Below, in pieces: positions 19,440-28,962 of a DNA stretch of 64,000 nucleotides. Position 1 is the stretch's first letter; every line of letters starts with the position of its first letter. A program made the position numbers and the translations under genes. The notes beneath the pieces are model-generated. The model had not been told where the DNA came from. It saw nothing but the letters and a program-made list of their open reading frames with translations, and did no database searches. The DNA is from Patescibacteria group bacterium (lineage in GTDB: Bacteria; Patescibacteriota; Microgenomatia; UBA8517): assembly GCA_026416845.1 (NCBI GenBank), contig JAOAEL010000004.1, positions 11,271 to 75,270 on the forward strand, read 5' to 3'.

Positions 19440-19468
19440 AGTTTAGCAAAAAGCCATAGTTAAATCAA
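19440..19468 (-). promoter_or_regulatory. sigma70 promoter for the small RNA
   Basis: Minus strand TTGATT (19468-19463), 17-bp spacer, TAAACT (19445-19440) with extended -10 TG; predicted start ~19433-19435 at the first helix. Confidence 0.7.
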
Positions 19469-19490
19469 CCGAGTAAAGGAAATACAAAAT

Positions 19491-22457
19491 ATGTCTAAAT
19501 TATACTTGCAAGAAATTGTCAAAGATATCCCTTTTGAAAACCTGCCTGCAAAATGGCAGAGGTTTGATCTAATTCGGTTTTCAAAAGATAAAACACTTTT
19601 TGATTTTCAAAAAAGGGGATTGCAAAACGCGCTTAAAGCTTTGTGGCTTTATTTCAAGGACAAAAATGAGAATAAAAAATTGTTGTTTGAACACTATAAA
19701 CTTAACGGGCTCGATGAGAATTTCGATTATGACTTAAAGAAAAAACAAGACAGCAAAACTGGCAGATATCTTTTGGAGCACGAGAAAGACTATCCGGTAG
19801 TTGAGAATAAGATTTCGTTTGCCTGTTTTATTAATCGAATGAGTTTTTGGATGGCAACAGGCAGTGGTAAGACGTTGGTTATTGTCAAATTAATTGAGTT
19901 TTTAGGAAAGCTTACTGAGAACAAAGAACTGCCTTCGGGAGACATACTGTTTTTGGCACATCGTGAAGATCTTATTGATCAATTCAAAAAGCATGTCGAA
20001 GAGTTTAATAGTTTGAATTTTGATGTAAGTATAAACCTTAAAAATTTAAAGGATTACGAAACGGTAAAGCGGGAGAACACTTTGCCTGTTTCCAACAGTA
20101 TTACTGTTTTTTATTATCGTTCTGATTTAATTTCTGACGAGCACAAAGAAAAAATTGTTAATTTTAGAAATTACGACAATAACGGCAGGTGGTATATCCT
20201 TTTAGACGAAGCCCATAAAGGTGACAAAGAAGATAGCAAGCGGCAGATTTTGTACTCCATACTTTCAAGAAACGGATTTTTGTTTAATTTTTCCGCTACC
20301 TTTACTGATCCAAGAGATTTTGCAACCTGTGTGTTTAATTTTAATCTTTCAAAATTTGTTGAGGAAGGGTATGGCAAGCATGTTTATGTGTCATCTGATG
20401 CTATCAAGGCGTTTCAGAAACAAGGTGATTTTTTGTCTGATGAAAAACAGAAAATCGTATTAAAAACTCTTCTGCTCTTGACTTATCTTAATAAGTGTTT
20501 TGAAGAAATCAGGAAATTAGATGATTCGTTATACCACAAGCCGCTTCTTTTGACATTGGTCAATTCTGTGGATGTAAAACAATCTGATTTGGAATTATTT
20601 TTTAGAGAATTGGAAAAGATTGCAGAGGGAGAAACTGAACCGAATTTATTGCAGAATGCAAAGAAAGAACTTTTTCAGGAGTTTGAAAAGCATGGCCAAT
20701 TTATGTTCGAGGATTTCAAAGTTTTTATAGATGCCAATCTTAGGTCCGCGTTGGATTACAACGATATTTTGAAATATGTTTTTAATGCGGATAAGCCCGG
20801 GAAGATTGAAGTTTTGGAAATTCCCGGAAACAAGCAAGAGTTGATTTTCAGATTGATGACTTCTAATAAACCATTTGCGCTGATAAAAATTGGCGATATT
20901 TCAGGCTGGCTAAAAGACAAACTCGAAGGCTATGAGATAAATGAAAGTTTTGAAAATGAAAGTTATTTTAAGAGACTAAACAGCGACGATTCCGATATAA
21001 ATATTTTAATGGGCTCGCGGTCTTTCTATGAGGGTTGGGATTCCAACAGACCAAACATTATTTTGTTTGTGAATATTGGTGTTGGAAGGAACGCAAAGAA
21101 ATTTGTTCTTCAGTCGATCGGGCGGGGTGTAAGAATCGAGCCCCGTAAAAATAAACGAAGACGAATACAACACCTGCTTAATGCAAAGGATATTGAACAA
21201 GAGTTGTTTGAGAAAGTAAGACACTTGGTTTTACCGATTGAAAGCTTGTTTGTCTTTGGGACAAATGCTGAAAATCTGAAGGAAATAATTGCAACATTAG
21301 AAGCAGAGAAACAAGATAAAAGTTTAGGCGATGCATTCATTGTAAACCCGGAAGCGCAAAAACATACTCTTTTGGTGCCGGTTTATAAAACTACCGAGAG
21401 AATTCTTGCTGACGAAGAAAACTTGCAGAGGTACCCCATCAGCCAGGGAGATTTTGATACAACCTTGCGGTTCTATAGATTTTTAGGCGACAGAATCGCT
21501 TTAGTTAAATATGATTGCACCGTTGCGGTTTTGAAGAAAGCAAAAGAGAGTTTTGAGAGAAAAGATCGATACTATGATTGTAGTAAAAAAGATTCGCTTT
21601 TTGAGCCGGAGCTACTCCTTGGTAGGATTTTTGACTATCTAGGCGTTAAAAGCAGGGAAATTGACGGGTTTAAGGAGTTAGAAGATGAAATCGTGCATTT
21701 CAGAAAGATTAGGTTTATAGACGGCGAAAAGTACGAGGAAATCAAAAGAAAGATAGAGGAAGTTAGGCGTTACCCCGAAAGAGAGAGGGAGTTAAAGGAA
21801 CAATACGGTAATATCTCAAGAGAAGAATATGACAGACAAATGATTTTGTTTAAGGAGGCAAGAAGTTTTGAAATGAAAGGACAAAGAATCAGAATAAAGT
21901 ATTTGGGTAAACACTACTATCTTCCGGTGATAGTTTCAGAAACAGAAAAGATCGATTATCTCAATCATATTATCAATGTAGAAAGCGAGGTAAGATTTCT
22001 GGAGGAATTAGAAGAATATACCCGAGACATTGATAATGAAGGAGGCAATAATATCTTCAAGAAGTTTGACTGGTGGATGTTTTCAAAACTTGATCAGACC
22101 TTAGACGAGATCTTTATTCCCTATTACAATCCAAAAACTAACAGCATTGCCAATTTTAAGCCGGATTTTGTGTTTTGGGCGCAGAAGGGTAATTGCTATT
22201 TCATAATATTTGTTGATCCAAAAGGCACAGAGCATGCGGACGCTTATAGGAAGATCGATGGTTATATAAGGATATTTGGAGGTGAAAAGCAAAATCAGGA
22301 AGAAAGTAGTTTTTGTTATGGGAATTTGAACATAAAAACAAAATTGCTGTTTAGATCTACACAAGGGGTTGCTAGTGTGTTAGAAAATTATCGAGAGTAT
22401 TGGTTTGACAGCCTTAATGATTTTGTTGACAAGGTTAATTTTTTTGTAAATAGCTAG
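19491..22457 (+). CDS. res: Type III R-M restriction subunit (SF2 helicase + PD-(D/E)xK nuclease)
   Basis: MATGSGKT, LLDEAHK, FSATF, EGWD, QSIGRGVR, C-terminal FKPDF...FVDPKG. Confidence 0.88.
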   Translation: MSKLYLQEIVKDIPFENLPAKWQRFDLIRFSKDKTLFDFQKRGLQNALKALWLYFKDKNENKKLLFEHYKLNGLDENFDYDLKKKQDSKTGRYLLEHEKDYPVVENKISFACFINRMSFWMATGSGKTLVIVKLIEFLGKLTENKELPSGDILFLAHREDLIDQFKKHVEEFNSLNFDVSINLKNLKDYETVKRENTLPVSNSITVFYYRSDLISDEHKEKIVNFRNYDNNGRWYILLDEAHKGDKEDSKRQILYSILSRNGFLFNFSATFTDPRDFATCVFNFNLSKFVEEGYGKHVYVSSDAIKAFQKQGDFLSDEKQKIVLKTLLLLTYLNKCFEEIRKLDDSLYHKPLLLTLVNSVDVKQSDLELFFRELEKIAEGETEPNLLQNAKKELFQEFEKHGQFMFEDFKVFIDANLRSALDYNDILKYVFNADKPGKIEVLEIPGNKQELIFRLMTSNKPFALIKIGDISGWLKDKLEGYEINESFENESYFKRLNSDDSDINILMGSRSFYEGWDSNRPNIILFVNIGVGRNAKKFVLQSIGRGVRIEPRKNKRRRIQHLLNAKDIEQELFEKVRHLVLPIESLFVFGTNAENLKEIIATLEAEKQDKSLGDAFIVNPEAQKHTLLVPVYKTTERILADEENLQRYPISQGDFDTTLRFYRFLGDRIALVKYDCTVAVLKKAKESFERKDRYYDCSKKDSLFEPELLLGRIFDYLGVKSREIDGFKELEDEIVHFRKIRFIDGEKYEEIKRKIEEVRRYPERERELKEQYGNISREEYDRQMILFKEARSFEMKGQRIRIKYLGKHYYLPVIVSETEKIDYLNHIINVESEVRFLEELEEYTRDIDNEGGNNIFKKFDWWMFSKLDQTLDEIFIPYYNPKTNSIANFKPDFVFWAQKGNCYFIIFVDPKGTEHADAYRKIDGYIRIFGGEKQNQEESSFCYGNLNIKTKLLFRSTQGVASVLENYREYWFDSLNDFVDKVNFFVNS

Positions 22458-22541
22458 ATACTTCCAATATCAGGATTTTTATGTGATTTTTGAGTAAATT
22501 TGAGTTTGCCAAAAGGTGATTTTTCGGGTGTGACAAGCAAA

Positions 22542-23060
22542 TTAAGATGTTTGGGATGTGCTATGTTTTTTGTGTGATTTTGTTGCAAGTTTTGGATAGT
22601 TGCAGTTGTGTCTATTGTCTTCCAAAAACGGCACTTTGACTCGCCATTCGTATTTTGACCTTTCCTCAAACTTTTTTATCTCGCTAGCGTAATGTTTTTG
22701 AAATACTTGCCTTGTTACATTGTTAACCTTGCAAAAGTGAGAGATTAGTTTTTCTTGGGATAATTTGCTTTTTTGGGCAATCACTCCGGCAAAGCCCATG
22801 TGCTTGACTATATGGCAAAGGGTGCAAAGAGGCACTATGTCTTTTAGGATTTGCAGTTTCTCTTTGTCGTCATATTGCCAAACCTCGTGAGCATGGAGCT
22901 TTTTTGATTTTTGTTTGCAGATAGCGCATTGTCCTTTGCTTTTTGCAAAAACCGCTTTTTTTACTTCTTCCCAGAGCTTTGGTTTTATAATCTTTCTTAG
23001 GTTATTGCCCCACGCGGAGGCAGGTACCATTTCTATTGCGAGTGTGAGCTTTTTAGTCAT
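22542..23060 (-). CDS. HNH endonuclease-like protein
   Basis: CAIC...LHAHEVWQY...LCTLCH..KH zinc/HNH pattern. Confidence 0.75.
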   Translation of the reverse strand: MTKKLTLAIEMVPASAWGNNLRKIIKPKLWEEVKKAVFAKSKGQCAICKQKSKKLHAHEVWQYDDKEKLQILKDIVPLCTLCHIVKHMGFAGVIAQKSKLSQEKLISHFCKVNNVTRQVFQKHYASEIKKFEERSKYEWRVKVPFLEDNRHNCNYPKLATKSHKKHSTSQTS

Positions 23061-23493
23061 TTTTCAAAAAAAGCATTTTTGATATATAAATTGCCCCAAA
23101 TATTGCTATCACACTTAAACACTGCCAAAAAACTTGGTAAAGAAAATACACGGATTCGTTTTTGAGTATTTTATACCCTATCATTTTTGCGGCTGGGTTT
23201 CTGTGTGTGGCGCTAAACTGCTCGTTTAGCCAGTATATTGTCTCCCCTATTCCTCTTATTGCCCAAAAAAGGCAGACAAAAAGCCAGAAATAAAGCGAAT
23301 CTTTTTGAAACAAACAAAACAAAGACACAATTAGCCAAAAAATAGAAATAACAATTCCATCTCCCCATACAAAAATTCCAAAAGGATAAAGCAGTTTGGT
23401 TGGGTAAAAGGCATTGCCCTTCTTTGATTGAAATATTGAATAAATCAATATCAAAAGACAGAAAGCAGATAAAATTGGCAAGAAGAAATTCAT
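23053..23493 (-). CDS. hypothetical multi-pass membrane protein
   Basis: About four hydrophobic segments; ATG start; overlaps the HNH start. Confidence 0.6.
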   Translation of the reverse strand: MNFFLPILSAFCLLILIYSIFQSKKGNAFYPTKLLYPFGIFVWGDGIVISIFWLIVSLFCLFQKDSLYFWLFVCLFWAIRGIGETIYWLNEQFSATHRNPAAKMIGYKILKNESVYFLYQVFWQCLSVIAIFGAIYISKMLFLKND

Positions 23494-23543
23494 TTGTGCT
23501 TATTGTACTTTTAATTTATGTGTGTTAAAAGTTTTCTTAAGAA

Positions 23544-24650
23544 ATGACAAAATCAAAGAAAAACCAAATAGAAGTTCCTACCCAACAAACAGATTTGTCC
23601 GCAAAATTGCAAGCCATCAAAATTGCCATGGAGCAAATAGAAAAACAATATGGCAAAGGCGCGATAATGCGACTTGGAGACAGGGCGGATGAGAAGTATA
23701 AAATTGAAGTTATCCCAACAGGGGCTATAACTCTTGATTTGGCTCTAGGAGTTGGCGGTTTTCCAAGAGGAAGGATAATAGAAATCTATGGACCGGAAGC
23801 TTCAGGCAAAACCACTCTAGCTCTTTCTGTTATTGCTGAAGCTCAAAAACGTGGAGGACAAGCGGCTTTTGTAGATGCGGAGCACGCTTTGGATCCGGAG
23901 CGCGCCGAAGTTCTTGGCGTGAATCTTGACGATCTTTTGCTTTCTCAGCCCGATACCGGCGAGCAAGCTTTAGAGATCACGGAAACTTTGGTTCGTTCAG
24001 GCGCGTTGGATGTGATAGTTGTTGATTCTGTTGCCGCTTTGGTGCCAAGAGCGGAGTTGGAAGGAGAGATGGGCGATGCTGTTGTGGGACTTCAGGCAAG
24101 GCTCATGAGTCAAGCTTTGAGAAAATTAACAGGAGTTATTAACAAATCAAAAACAATTTTGATATTTACCAATCAATTAAGACAGAAAATAGGTGTTTTG
24201 TTTGGAAATCCAGAAACAACTCCGGGAGGATTGGCGCTTAAATTTTATGCTTCTGTTCGCATTGATGTCAGAAAAATTGAAGTTTTGAAAAACGGCGAAG
24301 ATGTTATTGGTTCCCGTCATAGAGCAAGAATCGTGAAAAACAAAGTCGCTCCGCCTCTTCGCGTTGCTGAGTTTGATATCATGAATGGCACTGAGGGTAT
24401 TTCTAAATTAGGGTGTCTTTTAGATGCGGCCTTGACATTTAATGTTCTTGAGAAAAAGGGTTCATTTTTTAGTTACGAAGGCAAAGTTTTGGGTCAGGGT
24501 AGAGAAGGAACCAAGATGGCGCTTAGAGAAGATAAAAAATTAGTTGACGATATAGAAAGGAAAGTTTGGGACGCGGCCAGAAGTAGCGGATCAATGCCCA
24601 AAGAGATAGGAGAAGTGGCTACTGACGATCAAGAATTAGAAGAAAGATAA
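23544..24650 (+). CDS. recA: recombinase RecA
   Basis: [53 protein letters not shown]. Confidence 0.99.
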   Translation: MTKSKKNQIEVPTQQTDLSAKLQAIKIAMEQIEKQYGKGAIMRLGDRADEKYKIEVIPTGAITLDLALGVGGFPRGRIIEIYGPEASGKTTLALSVIAEAQKRGGQAAFVDAEHALDPERAEVLGVNLDDLLLSQPDTGEQALEITETLVRSGALDVIVVDSVAALVPRAELEGEMGDAVVGLQARLMSQALRKLTGVINKSKTILIFTNQLRQKIGVLFGNPETTPGGLALKFYASVRIDVRKIEVLKNGEDVIGSRHRARIVKNKVAPPLRVAEFDIMNGTEGISKLGCLLDAALTFNVLEKKGSFFSYEGKVLGQGREGTKMALREDKKLVDDIERKVWDAARSSGSMPKEIGEVATDDQELEER

Positions 24651-24657
24651 TATCTTC

Positions 24658-25287
24658 ATGCCTTTAGTGGTTTCAATTGTTCCACAAAATGCTAAGAATT
24701 TGTTTTGCGTTTATTTGGATAACGGTTTTAGATTAGACATTGACGTTTATTCTTTTTCCAAATTGAATCTAAAAGTTGGTCAGAATTTAAGCGATTCAGA
24801 TGTTTTAAAGATTCTTGAATTAATTGAATTTCAGAAAACTTTGGATAGGCTCATAAATTTTGCGACCATACGACCGCGAAGCATTAAGGAAATTTCTCTC
24901 TGGCTTGATCGCAAAAAAGTGCCCGAAAAAATTCGTTCAGAACTTTTTGATAAATTAAAATCCCTTAAGCTTGTTGATGATTTCAAGTTTGCTTGTTGGT
25001 GGGTTAAGCAAAGAAACTCGTTTAATCCTAAGCCGATAAATGTTTTAAAATTCGAACTTCTACAAAAAGGCGTAGATAAAAAAGTTATACAAAAAGTTTT
25101 GGCAAAAACTACTGTAAACGAAAGAGAAAATGCGATTAATATCTTAGCTAGAAAAATAAATAAATTTAGCAAATATTCCGGGATGGCGAAGTTTAACAAG
25201 ATGGTAACTTATTTGTTGAGGAAAGGATATTCGCTTGAAAATGCGAGACATGCGGCAAATCATGTGAATAAACAAGTGTTGACCTAA
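24658..25287 (+). CDS. recX: regulatory protein RecX
   Basis: RPRSIKE, LVDDFKFA, ELLQKGV, YLLRKGY; directly after recA. Confidence 0.85.
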   Translation: MPLVVSIVPQNAKNLFCVYLDNGFRLDIDVYSFSKLNLKVGQNLSDSDVLKILELIEFQKTLDRLINFATIRPRSIKEISLWLDRKKVPEKIRSELFDKLKSLKLVDDFKFACWWVKQRNSFNPKPINVLKFELLQKGVDKKVIQKVLAKTTVNERENAINILARKINKFSKYSGMAKFNKMVTYLLRKGYSLENARHAANHVNKQVLT

Positions 25288-25307
25288 ATTGCTTTTGTGC
25301 CTAAAAT
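25279..25307 (+). promoter_or_regulatory. sigma70 promoter upstream of rny
   Basis: TTGACC - 17 bp - TAAAAT. Confidence 0.55.
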
Positions 25308-25422
25308 ACAAGCTTAGGAGAGTAATGATATGAAAGTTTCGCTTTTGGTTATCTCCTCAACTGAAACCGTCTAAACTTTATTAAGTTACTCTTTGGTTTT
25401 GCTTTTTTATTTTTTATGTTTT

Positions 25423-26691
25423 ATGACAAATAAGAGTATTTCAAAAATTGATGCTGAGGAGCTTAAACTTTTGATAGAAGATCTTCGTGCTGATCGTGAA
25501 CAGCTCGAAAAAGAAAAAAAGCTTTTGAAACAAAAAAAAGAAGAATTGATTGAAAAGCTAAGTAGTGTTTCTAAATTGTCTCAGGATGAAGCAAAAAAGC
25601 TTCTTTTAAATGAGCTTCAAGATGAACTGAAAGAAGAAATTGCCAAAAGAGTTCGCAATGCGGAAGAAAAGATAAGACTTGAAGCGAAAGAGAGAGCCAA
25701 AGAAATATTGGTTGATGCCATGAAACAAGGCGCAACGAAATATACGGCTGAATACACAGTTTCAACAGTCAGGGTGCCAAATGAGGAAGTTAAGGGTCGA
25801 ATAATTGGAAAAGAGGGCAGAAACATCAGAGCTTTTGAAAAAGAAACAGGAGTTGAGCTTGAGATAGACGAAACAAACGAAATCAGACTTTCTTCATTTG
25901 ATTCTATCAGACGTGAAATTGCAAGGCGTTCTTTGGAAGAGCTTATAAAAGACACTAGAATTCAACCCTCGCGAATAGAAGAAGTTGTGCGTCAGACTAA
26001 ATTCCAGATGGAAGACATTTTAATAGAGGAAGGCAAGAAAATTGCTGAAGAGTGCGGAGTTTATAATTTGCCTCTTGATATAATTAAGCTTGTAGGCAGG
26101 TATAAATTTAGAACTTCATACGGGCAAAATTTGGCGCTTCACACAATTGAGGAAACAAGAATTGGTGTTGCAATAGCCCAAGAAATTGAGGCAGATGTTG
26201 AGGTTGTCAGGCTTGGATGTTTGTTACATGACATAGGTAAGGTTGTAACAGATGAGGAGGGAACTCATGTGGAAGTTGGCGTTTCGGTTTTGAAAAAGTA
26301 TGGCTTCCCAAAAGCTGTCGTAAACGCGGTTGCTGAGCATCATGAAGATAAGCCATTTTCGTCAATAGAATCGGTGATAGTTTGGATTGCGGATGCTATT
26401 TCAGGTTCCAGACCGGGAGCAAGATATGAACCTCATGAGGCATATGTCCAAAGAATGGATAAAATTGAAGAGATTGCCAATAGCTTTTCAGGAGTTGACA
26501 AAGCCTTTGCTTTTCAGGCTGGTAGAGAGGTGCGAGTTATTGTTAAACCAAATGAGGTGGATGATGATTCTTTGACAATTCTTGCCCGCAACATAGCCAA
26601 AAAATTGGAAAATGAAACTCAATATGCTGGACAAATAAAAGTTACGGTAATTCGGGAAGTTAAGGTCTCCGAATTTACGAAAGCCAAGTAA
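25423..26691 (+). CDS. rny: ribonuclease Y
   Basis: Coiled coil, KH domain (KGRIIGKEGRNIR), RTSYGQN, HD domain (LLHDIGK), ADAISGSRPGAR, QAGREVRV. Confidence 0.95.
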   Translation: MTNKSISKIDAEELKLLIEDLRADREQLEKEKKLLKQKKEELIEKLSSVSKLSQDEAKKLLLNELQDELKEEIAKRVRNAEEKIRLEAKERAKEILVDAMKQGATKYTAEYTVSTVRVPNEEVKGRIIGKEGRNIRAFEKETGVELEIDETNEIRLSSFDSIRREIARRSLEELIKDTRIQPSRIEEVVRQTKFQMEDILIEEGKKIAEECGVYNLPLDIIKLVGRYKFRTSYGQNLALHTIEETRIGVAIAQEIEADVEVVRLGCLLHDIGKVVTDEEGTHVEVGVSVLKKYGFPKAVVNAVAEHHEDKPFSSIESVIVWIADAISGSRPGARYEPHEAYVQRMDKIEEIANSFSGVDKAFAFQAGREVRVIVKPNEVDDDSLTILARNIAKKLENETQYAGQIKVTVIREVKVSEFTKAK

Positions 26692-26736
26692 TTTTCTTGA
26701 CTTTTAGTAATGTTTGTTTTATTCTAAGCCAATAAA

Positions 26737-27012
26737 ATGACAAAAAAGGAAATAATTAATCTTGTAGCAAGAAAAGCTCATTTGACAAAAAAAGCCGCAA
26801 ATGAGGCAGTAGAAGTTTTTCTAAATGAGATAGGCAGGGTTTTAGCAAAAGGAGAGAAAGTGGTTCTTTCAGGTTTTGGAACTTTTAGAGTTATTTCAAT
26901 GAAAGGAAAAACGGTAAAAATTCCAAAGACCGATAAAATGGTTACAATCAAGGCACACAGAGCTCCTAAGTTTACTGCAGGCAAAAGATTAAAAAAGCAA
27001 GTTGCAAGGTAG
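26737..27012 (+). CDS. hup: HU family DNA-binding protein
   Basis: MTKKEII, GEKVVLSGFGTF, PKFTAGKRLK. Confidence 0.92.
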   Translation: MTKKEIINLVARKAHLTKKAANEAVEVFLNEIGRVLAKGEKVVLSGFGTFRVISMKGKTVKIPKTDKMVTIKAHRAPKFTAGKRLKKQVAR

Positions 27013-27031
27013 TAATAATTGCATATCGGTG

Positions 27032-27736
27032 ATGAAATCTTCAAAAGCAAGACAATTGCATGACAAGGCTTTGAATCTTCGTGAACAACAAAATTTTTTA
27101 CAATCTTTACAGGTTAGTATAGAAGCTCTTTGTGAGTATGCGAAAGATGAGGATACTTTAGGTTTTGCTGAACTTTTGTCTATGATGTCAAAAACTTACT
27201 TGCATATGTTTTCATTTGCAAATTATCCTCCATATTTAGAGTTGGCAAAATCAACGGCAATGGCTTGTGTTTCTATTGCAGAGAGCGCCAAGGAACCTAA
27301 AGCCGCTATGTTGCCCTATTTTAATTTAGGCGATATTGCTGATGAAGCAGGTGATTTGGATTTGGCGATACTTGCTTACAAAAAAGCTATTGATATCTTT
27401 GGGGAAGACCCACCCGCGAGGCATAATAGAAAATCTTTGTTGGCGAATTTCAAAGTTCATTTAGCATCATGCGAATATAGAAATGGTGACAAATCTGCTT
27501 TGGCTAGAGCGGAAGAAGCGTTAAATGATCTTATTAATTCTTCAGATGCTTCAGAATACGAAAAAGATGTGTGGGTTTCTGGATCTCATATACGAATTGC
27601 AAGGATACTAAAGAATGATAATCCACAAAAAGCAAAAGGGCATTTATTTAAGGCTAAAGAAATAATAGACAGGAATCCCCAGCTTGTTATACGCAAAGCT
27701 CAGTGGCAAAAACTTGCTGAACTTTTTGAATCTTAG
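27032..27736 (+). CDS. helical repeat (TPR-like) hypothetical protein
   Basis: YFNLGDIADEAGDLDLAILAYKKAI resembles a TPR repeat; all-alpha pattern. Confidence 0.6.
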   Translation: MKSSKARQLHDKALNLREQQNFLQSLQVSIEALCEYAKDEDTLGFAELLSMMSKTYLHMFSFANYPPYLELAKSTAMACVSIAESAKEPKAAMLPYFNLGDIADEAGDLDLAILAYKKAIDIFGEDPPARHNRKSLLANFKVHLASCEYRNGDKSALARAEEALNDLINSSDASEYEKDVWVSGSHIRIARILKNDNPQKAKGHLFKAKEIIDRNPQLVIRKAQWQKLAELFES

Positions 27737-27972
27737 GTTTTTATGGTTTTGAACTTTAACTTCATATTTAGTATAAACAAGTTCAATTGAATAAAAATTT
27801 AACTTTGTTCAGAACGTAATTGCCTTTAAAGTTTGCCGCAGAGTATTCAAAAAATTTTTAAGTTTTTTTGCGATGATTTGTGAACAATAGAAGAATTACA
27901 GAAAACATTTTGAAAAGTAAAATAGTGTTGACTGAAAAGCGGAATGTTGGTTAGTTTGGAATAGAATTTAAT

Positions 27973-28956
27973 ATGTCCGATAAAAATAAACTACTTATTA
28001 TTTGCGGTCCAACTGCTACAGGAAAAACTTCTTTGGCATTGCAATTGGCTGAGCAATTTAATGGAGAAATTGTTTCAGTAGATTCAAGGCAAGTGTATGT
28101 TAGTATGGACATTGGTACTGGCAAGGATATACCTGAAGGTTTTAAGCCTCAAAATTTAAATGTAAGTGGCTATTGGCTTAAGGTTTATACAAATGGCAAA
28201 ACTAGAATTTGGGGTTACGATTTAGTCAAATGGCATGAAGAATTCAGCGTATCTGATTATGTTAATATTGCAAGCACGATAATTAAAAATATTTGTTTGC
28301 AAAGTAAACTTCCTATTTTAGTTGGCGGAACTGGATTTTATATCAAAGCTTTAATTGATGGGTTTGATACTTTGCAAGTCCCTAAGAACGAGGTCTTAAG
28401 AAAAAGTTTAGAGGGCAAAGAGGTATCAAAGTTATATGAAGTTTTAAGATGCAAGGATCCTGAAAAAGCGCTTTTTTTAAATGAATCAGATAAAAAAAAT
28501 CCAAGAAGATTAATTCGTGCCATTGAAGTTTCTGATTGGAAATTACAAAACAATCGATACAATCAATTAAGTAGTAAAACTTCTCATAAATATGACTCAC
28601 TTTTTGTAGGGCTATGTTTGCCAAAGAATAGAATTTTTGAACTTATTGAAGATAGAGTTGGCAAAAGGTTAAAAGTTGGATTTGAAAAGGAAATGGATAT
28701 GTTGGTCAAACAAGGTTTTAATTCTGGATTGCAATCAGCTTGTGCTATTGGCTATGCTCAATGGCTTAAATTCTTAAATAAAGAAATATCAAAAGAACAA
28801 GCAATAAAAGAATGGATTCGCAAAGAGCAACTCTATGCTAAAAGACAGATGACGTGGTTTAGAAAAGACAAAAGAATACATTGGTTTTATGTTGATAATT
28901 ATAGTTTTTTTGCAGAAGTGGCAGATTTAGTGATAAAGTGGCATAATAAGTCTTAA
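27973..28956 (+). CDS. miaA: tRNA dimethylallyltransferase
   Basis: GPTATGKT, DSRQVY..MDIGT, VGGTGFY, RRLIRAIEV, YAKRQMTWFR. Confidence 0.95.
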   Translation: MSDKNKLLIICGPTATGKTSLALQLAEQFNGEIVSVDSRQVYVSMDIGTGKDIPEGFKPQNLNVSGYWLKVYTNGKTRIWGYDLVKWHEEFSVSDYVNIASTIIKNICLQSKLPILVGGTGFYIKALIDGFDTLQVPKNEVLRKSLEGKEVSKLYEVLRCKDPEKALFLNESDKKNPRRLIRAIEVSDWKLQNNRYNQLSSKTSHKYDSLFVGLCLPKNRIFELIEDRVGKRLKVGFEKEMDMLVKQGFNSGLQSACAIGYAQWLKFLNKEISKEQAIKEWIRKEQLYAKRQMTWFRKDKRIHWFYVDNYSFFAEVADLVIKWHNKS

Positions 28957-28962
28957 GTTAAA

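Noticed and set aside
12771-22540. Integrative element or prophage at tRNA-Pro
   Set aside because: No integrase, transposase or phage genes, and no duplicated tRNA 3' end was found.
27737-27972. Possible ncRNA (TTGTTCA...TGAACAA inverted repeat) upstream of miaA
   Set aside because: Only a 7-bp AT-rich pairing with no consistent internal structure or known motif.
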